A stretch of DNA of 63,499 nucleotides, the filler included, from an uncultured bacterium (GTDB lineage: Bacteria; CAZSTA01): NCBI GenBank assembly GCA_964609495.1. It is 5 parts of 5 records of this genome, joined end to end, with 100 filler letters (N's around TTAATTAATTAA, not from the genome) between each part and the next. Parts side by side here need not be neighbours in the genome. Positions count along the whole stretch, not along the records: positions 1 to 12,940 come from CAZSTA010000099.1; positions 13,041 to 25,875 come from CAZSTA010000100.1; 3 more parts are not named here. One strand, 5' to 3'. The translations under genes and the position numbers were made by a program. Below, piece by piece: positions 8,884-19,203 of this stretch. Numbering within the stretch: the stretch's first letter is position 1; each line of letters opens with the position of its first letter. The notes under the pieces are model-generated. The model had not been told where the DNA came from, did no database searches, and worked only from the letters and a program-made list of their open reading frames with translations.

Positions 8884-10203
8884 TTAACCTTTAGCTTCTC
8901 TAAGCTCTCTTAATCTCTCCTCCATAATTTTCACTATATTCGGATGATCACCTATAACATTATCTTGTTCAGTTGGATCCTCTACTAAGTTAAAGAGTTT
9001 AGAATCCTCTGCTTGGGGCATCTTGATATAACTCCATTCAGTATCTCTAACACAGATGAATTTATTGTTCCCGCATATTATATGATCGAGTCCGTCCTTT
9101 TGTTCTCCAGTAACTAGAGGCCACAAGTCCTGACCATCCATTTCCTCTGCCCCTTCGATACCGAGGATATTGAGCATAGTTGGAGTTATATGATGGTTAT
9201 ATACCAGGGGCTTTATCCTCTTCCCCGCATAGTCTCCGTCTGGATGCTTAACGAGTAGAGCTATCCTAAGCAAGGGTGAGTGAAGGGCGCTTGGGACCTT
9301 CTTGATTATCTTATTCTCGCCTAAAGGGTGTCCGTGATCGGAGATGAATACCAATAAGGTATTATCCCATAGATCTAAATCCTTCACCTTCTCGATGAAC
9401 TTGCCAAGCCATCTATCGAGCATCGTTACCTCACCGGCATAAAGAGCTCTGATATATCTAAGCTCATCCTCACTCAGGTATCCGATATCCCCTCCCATTG
9501 GGAAGATGATCTCTTTACCTTTATAACCAGGATAGTATTTATCAACATAATAAGCAGGAGGATCCCAAGGCTCGTGAGGATCAAAGGAATCTAACCAGAG
9601 GAATATTTTATCTTGCTTGTAATTATCCTCCAGCCATTTCATACCTGCTCCGAAGACGCTGGGGGCGAAATAATCATCTTCGCTTTCTCTATCGGCTACA
9701 TTCTTCAGATACTGAATTAATCCTCTAATCGTTCCTTTGTCCATTTCAGGCTTGAGGTAATGATCTAGGTCAATATTCTCAAGGGGTTTGGTTTTGTAGG
9801 GATCGGCTTCTTGTCCTCTTATCCATTGCCAAGAAGAGAAGCCTCGATGAAAATTCATCCGAGGCTTGAACATATGATAGGTATCGGTTATTAAAGCGGA
9901 GATATATCCTTCCTCGGTGAGTCTTTCGGCTATTGTGACATCTTCTTCATACAAAGGTTGCCAACCGGGTAATTTGACTCCTTCTCCCTTCCAGGGATGC
10001 CAATCCTTAAAGGGAAAGGTGCGATTACCGGTCATAAGAGCCCTTCGGACTGGTATGGTAGGCAATGCCTCTGGGTAGACTCCTTCGAAGAGAACGCTCT
10101 CCTTAGCGAGCGCATCTATGTTAGGAGTTTCTATCCAATCGTTCCCGTAGCATCCTATATGATCAACTCTTAAGCTATCGGCCATAATTAATATGAGGTT
10201 CAT
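8884..10203 (-). CDS. Sulfatase-family protein with Thr at the nucleophile position
   Basis: N-terminal DSLR.DH, TPNIDALA, PTIPVRRALMTG, DPHEPW, SDHG. Confidence 0.85.
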   Translation of the reverse strand: MNLILIMADSLRVDHIGCYGNDWIETPNIDALAKESVLFEGVYPEALPTIPVRRALMTGNRTFPFKDWHPWKGEGVKLPGWQPLYEEDVTIAERLTEEGYISALITDTYHMFKPRMNFHRGFSSWQWIRGQEADPYKTKPLENIDLDHYLKPEMDKGTIRGLIQYLKNVADRESEDDYFAPSVFGAGMKWLEDNYKQDKIFLWLDSFDPHEPWDPPAYYVDKYYPGYKGKEIIFPMGGDIGYLSEDELRYIRALYAGEVTMLDRWLGKFIEKVKDLDLWDNTLLVFISDHGHPLGENKIIKKVPSALHSPLLRIALLVKHPDGDYAGKRIKPLVYNHHITPTMLNILGIEGAEEMDGQDLWPLVTGEQKDGLDHIICGNNKFICVRDTEWSYIKMPQAEDSKLFNLVEDPTEQDNVIGDHPNIVKIMEERLRELREAKG

Positions 10204-10394
10204 AAATATGCCCCCTAGGTTTTAATGAAAGTCTGTGTTCAATTATATCATACTTTAACTACTTCTTCAATAAAAAAAGCAAGTTTTAGGGTATGGATAG
10301 TCTTAGAGTATAAAAACTCCCCTAATTTGAAGAAGAGGGAAGTTTGAATTACAGATGATGAAAATTGGTTATGATAGATAGAAAGAAGCTCAGG

Positions 10395-11567
10395 CTATTT
10401 CTTCAATATGAGCGAAAGTATTATTGATACTACTGTCAGTATGATACCCATCATAAGCAATGCTGTTGTTAAAGAATATATATCTACAAAATGTCCTATT
10501 AGTGGAGAAAGAGTCATAAATAATAAGCTATTGAGCATATTCTTAATTGATAAAACTGTTGCTCTCTTTGAAGAAGGTATTCTTGTATTTATATAATCTT
10601 CAAGTAATGGTGAAAAGTATCCGCTTGCTATTGATTGGATAAATATAAATAAAAATCCTAAAATCAATACAAATTGGGATTCTAGAATAAAGGACAATGC
10701 TAAAAGTAACGGAATTAACAGGAGAGAATTCTTCATCCCAATTTTCTCCTCAATTTTATGCGCTTGTTTTGAGACAAATCCGCCTACTAAATTAAGTGCT
10801 GCATAGATAAATCCAAAATAGAAAAGAGGCATAGCTATTAATTTGAGATATGGTTGCCATAGCCAAAACCCAATATGAAAAAATAGCCAAATTATCGCGG
10901 CATAGAGAACAAAATAACTTGCATTTCCTATAAATGCTTGCCTGAAGCTTCTTCCTAAATGCAGGAGATATGATTCTTTTTCTTCTGACTCCTTGAAGAA
11001 AGGAGGTTCTTTTAATGTAAGTTGTACAACGAATGCGAACAATCCAGCAACAAAGTATGCCCACCATGCATAAGCCATACTTAATTGAGAAATTAAACCC
11101 CCAAGAATACCAGCAAGAGCCATAGATAAGGAAGCATACCATTTCATTTTGCCGATTATTTTCTTAAACTCTTGTTCTCTTTTCAATCCTTTCAAGGTAT
11201 CATATAAAATTGCTACATCTGTCCCAGAGACAAAGGAAGAAGAAATTCCACCTATAGATATTGCTATCAAGACTATGATAAATGAATTGGAGAATATAAT
11301 TATAGGTATAACGGGAATCCCAACTATTGATGCTATAACTAAGCTCCATTTACGACTTATTTTATCACTAAATACTCCAGTGGGAATCTCCATTAACAAA
11401 GCAACGAGCGCATAGGCCGATTCAATTAAGAAAAATTGTTTCATGGTAAACCCTTTTGAAAGTAAGAATAAAGTGTATATAACTAAATGAAACTGAGCAT
11501 TTGAGAAGAAATTCATTAGATAAAGTTTTTGGATATTCTTCTCTAAAGATTTGTTTTCCATTCTCAT
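10395..11567 (-). CDS. MFS transporter
   Basis: EIPTGVFSDKISRK, SG...ILYD, RATVLS; lower GC than neighbours. Confidence 0.85.
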   Translation of the reverse strand: MRMENKSLEKNIQKLYLMNFFSNAQFHLVIYTLFLLSKGFTMKQFFLIESAYALVALLMEIPTGVFSDKISRKWSLVIASIVGIPVIPIIIFSNSFIIVLIAISIGGISSSFVSGTDVAILYDTLKGLKREQEFKKIIGKMKWYASLSMALAGILGGLISQLSMAYAWWAYFVAGLFAFVVQLTLKEPPFFKESEEKESYLLHLGRSFRQAFIGNASYFVLYAAIIWLFFHIGFWLWQPYLKLIAMPLFYFGFIYAALNLVGGFVSKQAHKIEEKIGMKNSLLLIPLLLALSFILESQFVLILGFLFIFIQSIASGYFSPLLEDYINTRIPSSKRATVLSIKNMLNSLLFMTLSPLIGHFVDIYSLTTALLMMGIILTVVSIILSLILKK

Positions 11568-11620
11568 TTTTAAGCTAAATGTAAGGATCTGAAAGTAGAA
11601 AAACCTCTTTATAAGCGAAC

Positions 11621-12283
11621 TTAAAGATATTTATCTCCAACCCTAAACTCTCTTAAACAATCCTTCACTTCTTGATCCGTAAGATCATACCAATTTTGGT
11701 AGGAGGAAGCGACCGCAAAAGGAAGATTCTCTGGATGGACATAGAGCGAAACTAATTGATCGACCTCAGGTCCAATTAGCTTTGTCGCAGTCCCTGAAGC
11801 GGTAGGAACAGCGACGATAACTTTTTTGGGCTTTTTCTTCTTTACCGATTTGACAGCCACAAACATACTCGAACCAGTTGCCAAACCATCATCGATCAAG
11901 ATCACAGCTTTGCCGGAGAAATCCACCCTTTCTCTTCCTCTTAGAAATCCTCTTTTTCGGTCTTCTACTTGCCTTTTTGCTTTTTGAGTTTGAGCCTCGA
12001 TAACTTCTTTTGGAAGATCTTCTGAATATGGCCCTAAATATACTGTGCCATCCTCAGCTACTGCTCCAAATCCTGCCTCTGTTGTCCAGGGGAACTGAAT
12101 TTTACGGGCAATAATTAAATCAAAAGGTGAATCTAAAATCTTAGCGACCTCTTTTCCCACTGGCACTCCTCCAGCCGGGATAGCAAGAACTACTATGTTT
12201 TCTAATCCCAATTCTTTCAATTTTTGGCCTAATTTTTTTCCTGCCTCGGTTCGATCCTTGTATAAAGTTGGAGGATATAGCAT
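11621..12283 (-). CDS. Phosphoribosyltransferase family protein
   Basis: DRTEAG, AIPAGG, PRPP-binding VILIDDGLATGSS. Confidence 0.9.
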   Translation of the reverse strand: MLYPPTLYKDRTEAGKKLGQKLKELGLENIVVLAIPAGGVPVGKEVAKILDSPFDLIIARKIQFPWTTEAGFGAVAEDGTVYLGPYSEDLPKEVIEAQTQKAKRQVEDRKRGFLRGRERVDFSGKAVILIDDGLATGSSMFVAVKSVKKKKPKKVIVAVPTASGTATKLIGPEVDQLVSLYVHPENLPFAVASSYQNWYDLTDQEVKDCLREFRVGDKYL

Positions 12284-12345
12284 TATATCATCTCCTCCTA
12301 TAGATGTTTCTCAAGCCATTGCTCTAAATCTCTCATAAGATGTAA

Positions 12346-12370
12346 GGCGGTAGATCGAGATCTACCGCCA
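12346..12370. terminator. Stem-loop downstream of TPR gene
   Basis: GGCGGTAGATC...ATCTACCGCC inverted repeat; no long U-tract. Confidence 0.4.
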
Positions 12371-12420
12371 TCATCTATCGTTATTTTAATAAGCACTGGC
12401 AACAATTGATACGTTGCTGT

Positions 12421-12940
12421 CTATTTTCCTCCTTTCAATTCTTCGAGCCACTCCATAGCATCCTGTATCCAGTACTCATCGGTCTCAAGCTCTAGATACT
12501 TCTCTAACTGCTTAATAGCCTCTTGAATCTCCCCCCTATCCTCATATATCATCGCCAAATTGTAGTAGGGAGAAGCATAATTTGGATTCAGCTCGATCGC
12601 CTTATTATACCACTCCATAGCCTTGTCATAATCACCCATATCGTGGTAGGTAAGACCCATATCATTATAGGTGTATATGTAGTCGGGATCGATATTAAGC
12701 GCAGCATTATACTTCTCTAACGCCTTCTCATACTCCCCCACATCCTGATAGACCAATCCCAAATTGCGATGGGCGTGGAAGTAGTTCGGATCTTGCTCAA
12801 GTGCCTTTTCATACCACTCTATAGCGTTATCATAATCCCCAAGCTGATAGTAGGTCCGTCCTATATCGTTATAGGTAGGCACATAGCTGGGATCGATATC
12901 CAGGGCTTTTTCGAACTGCTCCCTAGCCTTCTCATACTCA
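12421..12940 (-). CDS. TPR protein, 5'-partial (contig end)
   Basis: Canonical 34-aa TPRs (YNDIG..YYQLGDYDNAIEWYEKALEQDP). Confidence 0.85.
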
Positions 12941-13040
12941 NNNNNNNNNNNNNNNNNNNNNNNNNNNNNNNNNNNNNNNNNNNNTTAATTAATTAANNNN
13001 NNNNNNNNNNNNNNNNNNNNNNNNNNNNNNNNNNNNNNNN
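12941..13040. other. Artificial contig spacer
   Basis: N-run with TTAATTAATTAA six-frame stop linker. Confidence 0.97.
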
Positions 13041-13493
13041 GCCCTCGCTTATAAATTCAGCTATCTCGATTATGGGGATGAATCCAGGGAGATAGACAAG
13101 GGGCTTCCCGAGTGGAGTAAAAAATGGTATGGTGGAGGATGGAATAAAGTTCTCTCTCTACATATAGGGGTGGAGGCGAATCTTATAAAGAATTTATATC
13201 TAAGAGCTGGAGCGATTCAAAACTTTTACAGCAGTCTTAGTGAGGAGAGAAGCATTGAAGAGGATAGATTGCTGAGGGAGAGCAAGAAGAATTACTCCAC
13301 CTACTGGACGGATTGGACGTTTGGGCTGGGATATAAGATAAATGATTTTATGCAGGTGGATTTAGTTAAGCAATGGATTAGCGGTAATTCTAGATCTGAG
13401 AAACAAAGGAATCCTTTAGAAGAAAGATATGAGGAGAAAGATAGCGAATATAAGAACATAGATCTAGCTTTAGCTATTTCCTTGAGGCTTTAG
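13041..13493 (+). CDS. C-terminal part of a probable outer-membrane beta-barrel protein (5'-partial)
   Basis: Frame open from contig start; amphipathic strands (LYLRAGA, WTFGLGYKI, MQVDL, terminal LALAISLRL). Confidence 0.55.
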   Translation, partial: ALAYKFSYLDYGDESREIDKGLPEWSKKWYGGGWNKVLSLHIGVEANLIKNLYLRAGAIQNFYSSLSEERSIEEDRLLRESKKNYSTYWTDWTFGLGYKINDFMQVDLVKQWISGNSRSEKQRNPLEERYEEKDSEYKNIDLALAISLRL

Positions 13494-13498
13494 GACGC

Positions 13499-13527
13499 TT
13501 GACAAGCCAGATTCCTTCTGGTATAAT
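13499..13527 (+). promoter_or_regulatory. Sigma70 promoter
   Basis: TTGACA-17-TATAAT with extended TG. Confidence 0.75.
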
Positions 13528-13554
13528 CTATTCCCAGTAGATTACAATTGGATA

Positions 13555-14256
13555 ATGACTATCGAAAGAGCAGACCAAAATAAAGAAAATACAACAAGAA
13601 AAGTTTCCAAAAAGTGGCTTTATGTAATTGGGTTAGTCGTTATTTTAGGAAGCGAGTTTATATTACGTGATGTTTTTCTTCCAGAGCATGCGAAAGATAT
13701 TCAGATTGGAATAATCGTTCTATTAGAATGGCTGATTCTTTTATTATTACTTGTTTTCTGGATCCCTAAAATCGAGAGCAACAAATTAGGAAGTATTGGA
13801 TTTGGAAAGTTCAAATGGAAATATCTAGGGATGGGTATTCTTACCTACCTCCTACTTATGATAGTTTGGACTGGTAGTGCTTTTGCTCTGAAGGCAATTA
13901 GACTTGAAGGATTAGTGAGTCTCCAGCCAGAGATAAAGGAAATAAGCTTTCTTATTCGCTTTAGTCTATTCCTTACTGGGACTTTTCTTGAGGAGATATT
14001 CTACCGGGGATACGTCATTGAAAGATTAATTTCGTTGACAGGAAAAAATTGGTTGGCAGGACTCATATCCTGGGTAGCTTTTACTTTTGTTCATCTCAAG
14101 TTTTTCGGTCTGGGACCAACGTTAGAGGTGGGAGTTATTTCAGCAGGACTTGTAATTCTTTACCTTATGAAGCGAAGCATCTGGCCATGTATCATAGTTC
14201 ATGGAATAAATGATGTATTCGGCCTCTTAATAGCACCCTTAGTGGTGGTGCCATAA
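13555..14256 (+). CDS. CPBP (CAAX protease/Abi) family intramembrane protease
   Basis: EEIFYRG, FTFVH, HGIND motifs. Confidence 0.9.
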   Translation: MTIERADQNKENTTRKVSKKWLYVIGLVVILGSEFILRDVFLPEHAKDIQIGIIVLLEWLILLLLLVFWIPKIESNKLGSIGFGKFKWKYLGMGILTYLLLMIVWTGSAFALKAIRLEGLVSLQPEIKEISFLIRFSLFLTGTFLEEIFYRGYVIERLISLTGKNWLAGLISWVAFTFVHLKFFGLGPTLEVGVISAGLVILYLMKRSIWPCIIVHGINDVFGLLIAPLVVVP

Positions 14257-14307
14257 TAGAGCATCAGTAGATCACAAAGTCAATATTTATTCACTGACAA
14301 ATCCATT

Positions 14308-14787
14308 TTGAAATCTACCGAGAATAATATGAAAACGACTGGGTATATTATGAAAAATAATGATAAAAGACAGGGCAGTGATGCTTCTAACATAACAAAC
14401 AGGATAACGAGTAACTTGAAGAGAGTGCTATTGGTTATTGCAGGAACATTTTTTGTAGGGCTCGGAATTATTGGAATATTTTTGCCCCTTTTGCCCACCA
14501 CCCCTTTTCTCTTACTCGCCGCGGCGTGCTATGCTGGAAGCTCAAAAAGATTTTATAATTGGCTCTTAAATAACAAGTGGTTTGGAAATTATATCAAGAA
14601 TTATCGAGAAGGAAAAGGGGTTCAATTAAAAGTAAAGGTTTTAACCATCTCTCTTTTATGGATAACAATAGGATATTCAGCTACCTTTGTGGTTCCCGTT
14701 CTTATAGGCAAGATCGTCTTGTTTCTAATCGCTATTGGCGTTACTACCCATATCCTCTCTATCCGAACTTTAAAAGTCAGAAAATAA
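14308..14787 (+). CDS. YbaN/DUF454 membrane protein (true start possibly 14329 or 14350)
   Basis: GIFLPLLPTTPFLLLAAAC signature. Confidence 0.9.
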   Translation: MKSTENNMKTTGYIMKNNDKRQGSDASNITNRITSNLKRVLLVIAGTFFVGLGIIGIFLPLLPTTPFLLLAAACYAGSSKRFYNWLLNNKWFGNYIKNYREGKGVQLKVKVLTISLLWITIGYSATFVVPVLIGKIVLFLIAIGVTTHILSIRTLKVRK

Positions 14788-14821
14788 AGTCATCCACTTT
14801 GGAATCTAACGAGGTCCGATA

Positions 14822-16570
14822 ATGAGTTCATCTCGACGCATATTAAAGTATGTAACTCCCTATAAATATTATATTTTAGCCTCGATAATATGCACAATTT
14901 TAGCAGCTGTGCTTCAACTAGGACTCACGGTTATAGTTAGGGACTTCACTGATAAAGTAGTTGGGGAAGGAAACTTGGCGGCTCTAAATTTGATAATTTT
15001 TGAGGCGTTAATCATAGTTTTAGGGAAAAATATCTTCTCCTATGGGCAGATATATCTGATGTCATACGCAGGTCAAAGGGTGGTAACTGATCTACGCAAG
15101 AAGATGTTTGAGCATATCCAGAGGCTATCCCTGGATTTCTATGCTAAGTGGAAAACCGGGGAATTGATCTCCCGAATTATGAACGATGTAAATGTCCTTC
15201 AGACCGCGTTGGTGAATCAATTCATATACCAGCTCCTGCAAGCGATGCTCCTCTTAGGAGTCCTAATTTATGCCTTCATGATTCACTGGAAGCTGGCTCT
15301 GATATCCTTTATGACCATGCCATTTTTAGCCTATGCCTTAGCTCGTTTTGGGAATTGGATAAGGCGAGTGGGGATGCAGAATCAGATGAAGCTTGGTGAT
15401 ATCTCCTCCCTCCTTCAGGAAAAGATAGCTGGGATAAGGATAGTTAAGGCTTTCGTTATGGAGGATAAGGAGATAGAGAAATTTTCCGAAGAAGTCGAGT
15501 CGAACTTCAACTTTATGATAAGGAGGACGAAGCTCTTTGCGGCTCAGGTTCCGGTGGTCGGATTGATCGCAACTTTGGGTGTAACTGTGATAGTATGGTA
15601 TGGCGGCTATGAGGTGGTTCGAGGCTCCCTGACCTTGGGCAAGTTCCTCCAATTTATAACCTGCTTAGCGTTTGGGGTAGAGCCAATAAATTCGCTCAGT
15701 CGGGTTTACGGAGTTTGGCAAGCGACCATCCCTGCTCTGGATAGGATATTTGAGATAATGGATATCACCTCTGAGGTCGAGGAGAAACCCGATTCATTCG
15801 AGCTACCTTCAGCCCAAGGAGAAGTAGATTTCCAGAATATATCCTTCTCCTTCAATGGGGATGATTACGTATTGAGAGATGTCAATCTCAAGGTCTCACC
15901 TGGCGAGGTAATAGCTTTAGTAGGTCCTAGCGGAGCAGGAAAGACAACGACGGTCAATCTGATCCCTCGCTTCTATGATCCTACTAAGGGAAGGATTTTG
16001 ATAGACGGAGTTGATATAAGAGAGGTCAAATTATATTCTCTCCGCCGACAGATAGGGATAGTTCCGCAGGAGACTATCCTCTTTTCAGGCACGATCCGCG
16101 ATAACATAGCCTACGGTAAACCCGAGGCTACGGATAGAGAGATAAGGGAGGCGGCTAAGGCTGCTAATGCTCACGAGTTCATTATGAATCTCGAAGGGGG
16201 ATACGAGGCTAGAGTTGGCGAGCGAGGAGTCAATCTATCTGGAGGACAGAGACAGCGTATAGCTATCGCTAGAGCTATCCTTCTCTCTCCGCGCTTCCTT
16301 ATATTAGATGAAGCTACCTCCTCTCTTGATACCCAGTCAGAGGATTTGGTTCAAGAGGCTCTCTCTCATCTGATGAAGGGGAGGACTACCTTCATCATCG
16401 CTCATCGCTTGAGCACGGTGATCGATGCCGACAGAATAATTGTATTGGATGGGGGTAGAATAGTGGAGATGGGCTCTCATAGAGAGTTGATAAATAGGGG
16501 TGGGCTATATAGCGAGTTGTATAGGAATCAATTCTTAAGTCAAGAAAAGGAGCAAGTCGATGTTAGATAA
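14822..16570 (+). CDS. msbA: ABC exporter, MsbA-like lipid flippase
   Basis: TMD plus NBD; GPSGAGKT, LSGGQRQR, ILDEATS; heads an envelope glycan operon. Confidence 0.75.
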   Translation: MSSSRRILKYVTPYKYYILASIICTILAAVLQLGLTVIVRDFTDKVVGEGNLAALNLIIFEALIIVLGKNIFSYGQIYLMSYAGQRVVTDLRKKMFEHIQRLSLDFYAKWKTGELISRIMNDVNVLQTALVNQFIYQLLQAMLLLGVLIYAFMIHWKLALISFMTMPFLAYALARFGNWIRRVGMQNQMKLGDISSLLQEKIAGIRIVKAFVMEDKEIEKFSEEVESNFNFMIRRTKLFAAQVPVVGLIATLGVTVIVWYGGYEVVRGSLTLGKFLQFITCLAFGVEPINSLSRVYGVWQATIPALDRIFEIMDITSEVEEKPDSFELPSAQGEVDFQNISFSFNGDDYVLRDVNLKVSPGEVIALVGPSGAGKTTTVNLIPRFYDPTKGRILIDGVDIREVKLYSLRRQIGIVPQETILFSGTIRDNIAYGKPEATDREIREAAKAANAHEFIMNLEGGYEARVGERGVNLSGGQRQRIAIARAILLSPRFLILDEATSSLDTQSEDLVQEALSHLMKGRTTFIIAHRLSTVIDADRIIVLDGGRIVEMGSHRELINRGGLYSELYRNQFLSQEKEQVDVR

Positions 16571-17426
16571 AGGGGCCTCTATATTCATAACAGGAATCTC
16601 CGGACAGTTAGGGATAGCTCTAAAGGAAGTCTTGAAAGGATATAATGTAAAGGGTTGTGGGATCGAGGATTCGGACATATCGAAGCCGCTGGAGACGATC
16701 GACTTGATAAGTGATTTTAATCCTGATCTTGTGATCCACGCGGCCGCTTATACCGATGTAGATGGATGCGAGACAAATCCTGATCTCGCCTATAAAGTCA
16801 ATGCTTATGGCACTAGAAACGTTGCTTTAGCCTGTCAGAAATGCGAAGTCCCAATGGTTTATATAAGCACTGATTACATATTCGATGGGAGGAAGAGAAG
16901 TCCGTATATCGAATTCGATGAGCCTAATCCTCTAAGCGTATATGGACGGTCTAAGTTGGCTGGAGAGGGGATAGTCTCCTCTCTTCTGAATAGATATTAC
17001 ATAATAAGGACCTCTTGGCTATTCGGCAAGGGTCGCAACTTCGTGCGGACGATATTGAGACTCGCCTCGGAACGAGATGAGTTATCGATTGTGAACGATC
17101 AGATCGGCTGTCCGACTTATGCCTTAGATCTAGCTAAGACCATAAGTGAGATCATAAAGACCGATCTGTGGGGGGTATATCACGCCTCTAATAACGATAG
17201 AGCTTCGTGGTTCGAGTTCGCTTGTGCCATATTGGAATATGCAGGAATAGGGGGAGTTAAGGTTATTCCGATAACTACCGAAGAGCTGGGACGTCCAGCA
17301 CCAAGACCCAGCTTCTCCGTTACGAGAAATTATTGCCTCCAGATGCAGGGTATGGATAATATGAGGAGCTGGAGGGAAGCCCTGAAGGATTACCTAGAAG
17401 ACGAATTGAAGCAAAGAGATGCTTGA
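16560..17426 (+). CDS. rfbD: dTDP-4-dehydrorhamnose reductase
   Basis: GISGQLG, HAAAYTDVD, ISTDYIFDG, YGRSK. Confidence 0.93.
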   Translation: MLDKGASIFITGISGQLGIALKEVLKGYNVKGCGIEDSDISKPLETIDLISDFNPDLVIHAAAYTDVDGCETNPDLAYKVNAYGTRNVALACQKCEVPMVYISTDYIFDGRKRSPYIEFDEPNPLSVYGRSKLAGEGIVSSLLNRYYIIRTSWLFGKGRNFVRTILRLASERDELSIVNDQIGCPTYALDLAKTISEIIKTDLWGVYHASNNDRASWFEFACAILEYAGIGGVKVIPITTEELGRPAPRPSFSVTRNYCLQMQGMDNMRSWREALKDYLEDELKQRDA

Positions 17427-18306
17427 TCTATCCATTTCCATAGTTAGCTATAACACTAGGGAATTGCTGAGGAACTGCCTAAAGTCCATCTTTGAGACTA
17501 CTAAGGGGATAGAATTCGAGGTTATCATAGTGGATAATAATTCTCGTGATGGCAGTCAAGAGATGGTCGCCAAGGAGTTCCCCCAGGTCAAGCTGATCGC
17601 TAACGATAGTAATCGGGGGTTTGCAGGGGCTAATAATCAAGCTATCAAGGAGAGTAAGGGGAGACATATACTCCTTCTAAACAGCGATACTATCGTTTTG
17701 GAGGATACCTTAGAGATATGTTGTTCCTTTATGGATGAACACCTCGAGATAGGACTCTTGGGATGTAAACTACTTAATCCAGATGGAACTTTGCAACATT
17801 CCTGTCGTGGCTTCCCCTCCTTTCTAACTCTGTTCTTCGAATCGACCTTCCTCGATCAGATATTCCCTCGCCATGGAGTTATCGGTCGTTATCAGATGAG
17901 ATATTGGGATCACGATGAGATAAGGGAAGTGGATCAGCCGATGGGCGCTTTTATGATGGTTCGGAGGGAGGCGATAGAGGAGGTAGGATATATGGATGAG
18001 GGATATTTTATGTTCTTTGAGGAAGTTGACTGGTGCTATCGAATCAAGGATAAAGGATGGAAGATAGTCTTTATTCCTCAAGCCGAGATCATCCATTATG
18101 GAGGGCAGAGTATCAGAAAGGCGCAGTTATCTATGTTCTTTGCTTGGCATAAGAGTCGCTTGCGCTTCTTCGCTAAACGTTATAAAAACCTGCCTCCTTC
18201 GTTAGTTAAGGGCTCGGTGGTGGCTCTCGGCTTACTTCAGCCAATTATCATTTTAGGGGTTTTAATTGGGGGAAGTAAGCTGATAGGCAGGCTATTAAGG
18301 TTATAG
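17419..18306 (+). CDS. GT2 glycosyltransferase (WbbL-like rhamnosyltransferase)
   Basis: IVSYN, VDNNS.DG, GFAGANN, LLNSD, FEEVDWC. Confidence 0.9.
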   Translation: MLDLSISIVSYNTRELLRNCLKSIFETTKGIEFEVIIVDNNSRDGSQEMVAKEFPQVKLIANDSNRGFAGANNQAIKESKGRHILLLNSDTIVLEDTLEICCSFMDEHLEIGLLGCKLLNPDGTLQHSCRGFPSFLTLFFESTFLDQIFPRHGVIGRYQMRYWDHDEIREVDQPMGAFMMVRREAIEEVGYMDEGYFMFFEEVDWCYRIKDKGWKIVFIPQAEIIHYGGQSIRKAQLSMFFAWHKSRLRFFAKRYKNLPPSLVKGSVVALGLLQPIIILGVLIGGSKLIGRLLRL

Positions 18307-18317
18307 AGGAAACAATT

Positions 18318-19172
18318 ATGCTTCCTTATATCAGNNNNNNNNNNNNNNNNNNNNNNNNNNNNNNNNNNNNNNNNNNNNNNNNNNNNNNNNNNNNNNNNNN
18401 NNNNNNNNNNNNNNNNNNNNNNNNNNNNNNNNNNGATCTTTTATTTTTCACTGGGGATGACATTGTATCCACTCCAGTAGTGCTGGAGGAACACCTAAAG
18501 ATACAACAAAGCAGTGATGAAGATATAGCGGTAAGCGGAAAGACCATGGGTTGGCCCGATTTCGAGGGGACTCCTTATCTAAGACATTCTCGAAGAAAAT
18601 CCGCTCTCAATCATATCTTTATGAGTCGCAACAAGGATAACTTACCCTTCAACTTCTTGACCACTACTAACTGCACTATCAGAAAGAAGAATATAATTGA
18701 GGCCGGTTTTTTCGATGAGGATTTAAGCAAATATGGTTGGCAGGATATCGAGTTCGGCTATAGATTGAAATCTAAAGCAAAGGTAACTTTGAAATTTGCG
18801 GAGAAGGCGATAGCCTATCACCATCACTACGTCGATTTTTCTGCCAACTGTAAGCGTTTAGAACAAGTTGGCAGAGCGGCGGTCATAGTATATAGAAAAC
18901 ATCCAGACTTAAAGACCTTCTTGGGAATCCACCTGGGGAATTTCCTTACCGATGCACTTTTTTTCCCAAAAGGATATACTACTCGCGCTTTTCTCCGTCT
19001 AATATCTCGATTAGAGGGAAGAGGACCTCGTTTTTTACTCTCAGTTTGTTACGAGTTAGTATTTAATCACTACTATCTAAAGGGAGTAAGGGAGGGCTTC
19101 GAGATAGAAAAGGAGAGAGGAGATAGAGAGAAGCAAAGATCTATCTCCAGTGCGGAGACCTCCGAGGAATAG
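18318..19172 (+). CDS. GT2 glycosyltransferase (spans 100-N gap)
   Basis: GDD, GFFDE, GWQDIEFGYRL, AIAYH. Confidence 0.75.
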   Translation: MLPYIXXXXXXXXXXXXXXXXXXXXXXXXXXXXXXXXXXDLLFFTGDDIVSTPVVLEEHLKIQQSSDEDIAVSGKTMGWPDFEGTPYLRHSRRKSALNHIFMSRNKDNLPFNFLTTTNCTIRKKNIIEAGFFDEDLSKYGWQDIEFGYRLKSKAKVTLKFAEKAIAYHHHYVDFSANCKRLEQVGRAAVIVYRKHPDLKTFLGIHLGNFLTDALFFPKGYTTRAFLRLISRLEGRGPRFLLSVCYELVFNHYYLKGVREGFEIEKERGDREKQRSISSAETSEE

Positions 19173-19203
19173 ATCCAATGATATTGAAGAGGGAAATATC
19201 ACT

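Noticed and set aside
12941-13040. TTAATTAATTAA motif repeated four times at about 12.8-kb spacing
   Set aside because: It is embedded in N-runs and is an artificial contig linker. Gene adjacency across these points is meaningless, and ORFs ending in LIN or N are artefacts.
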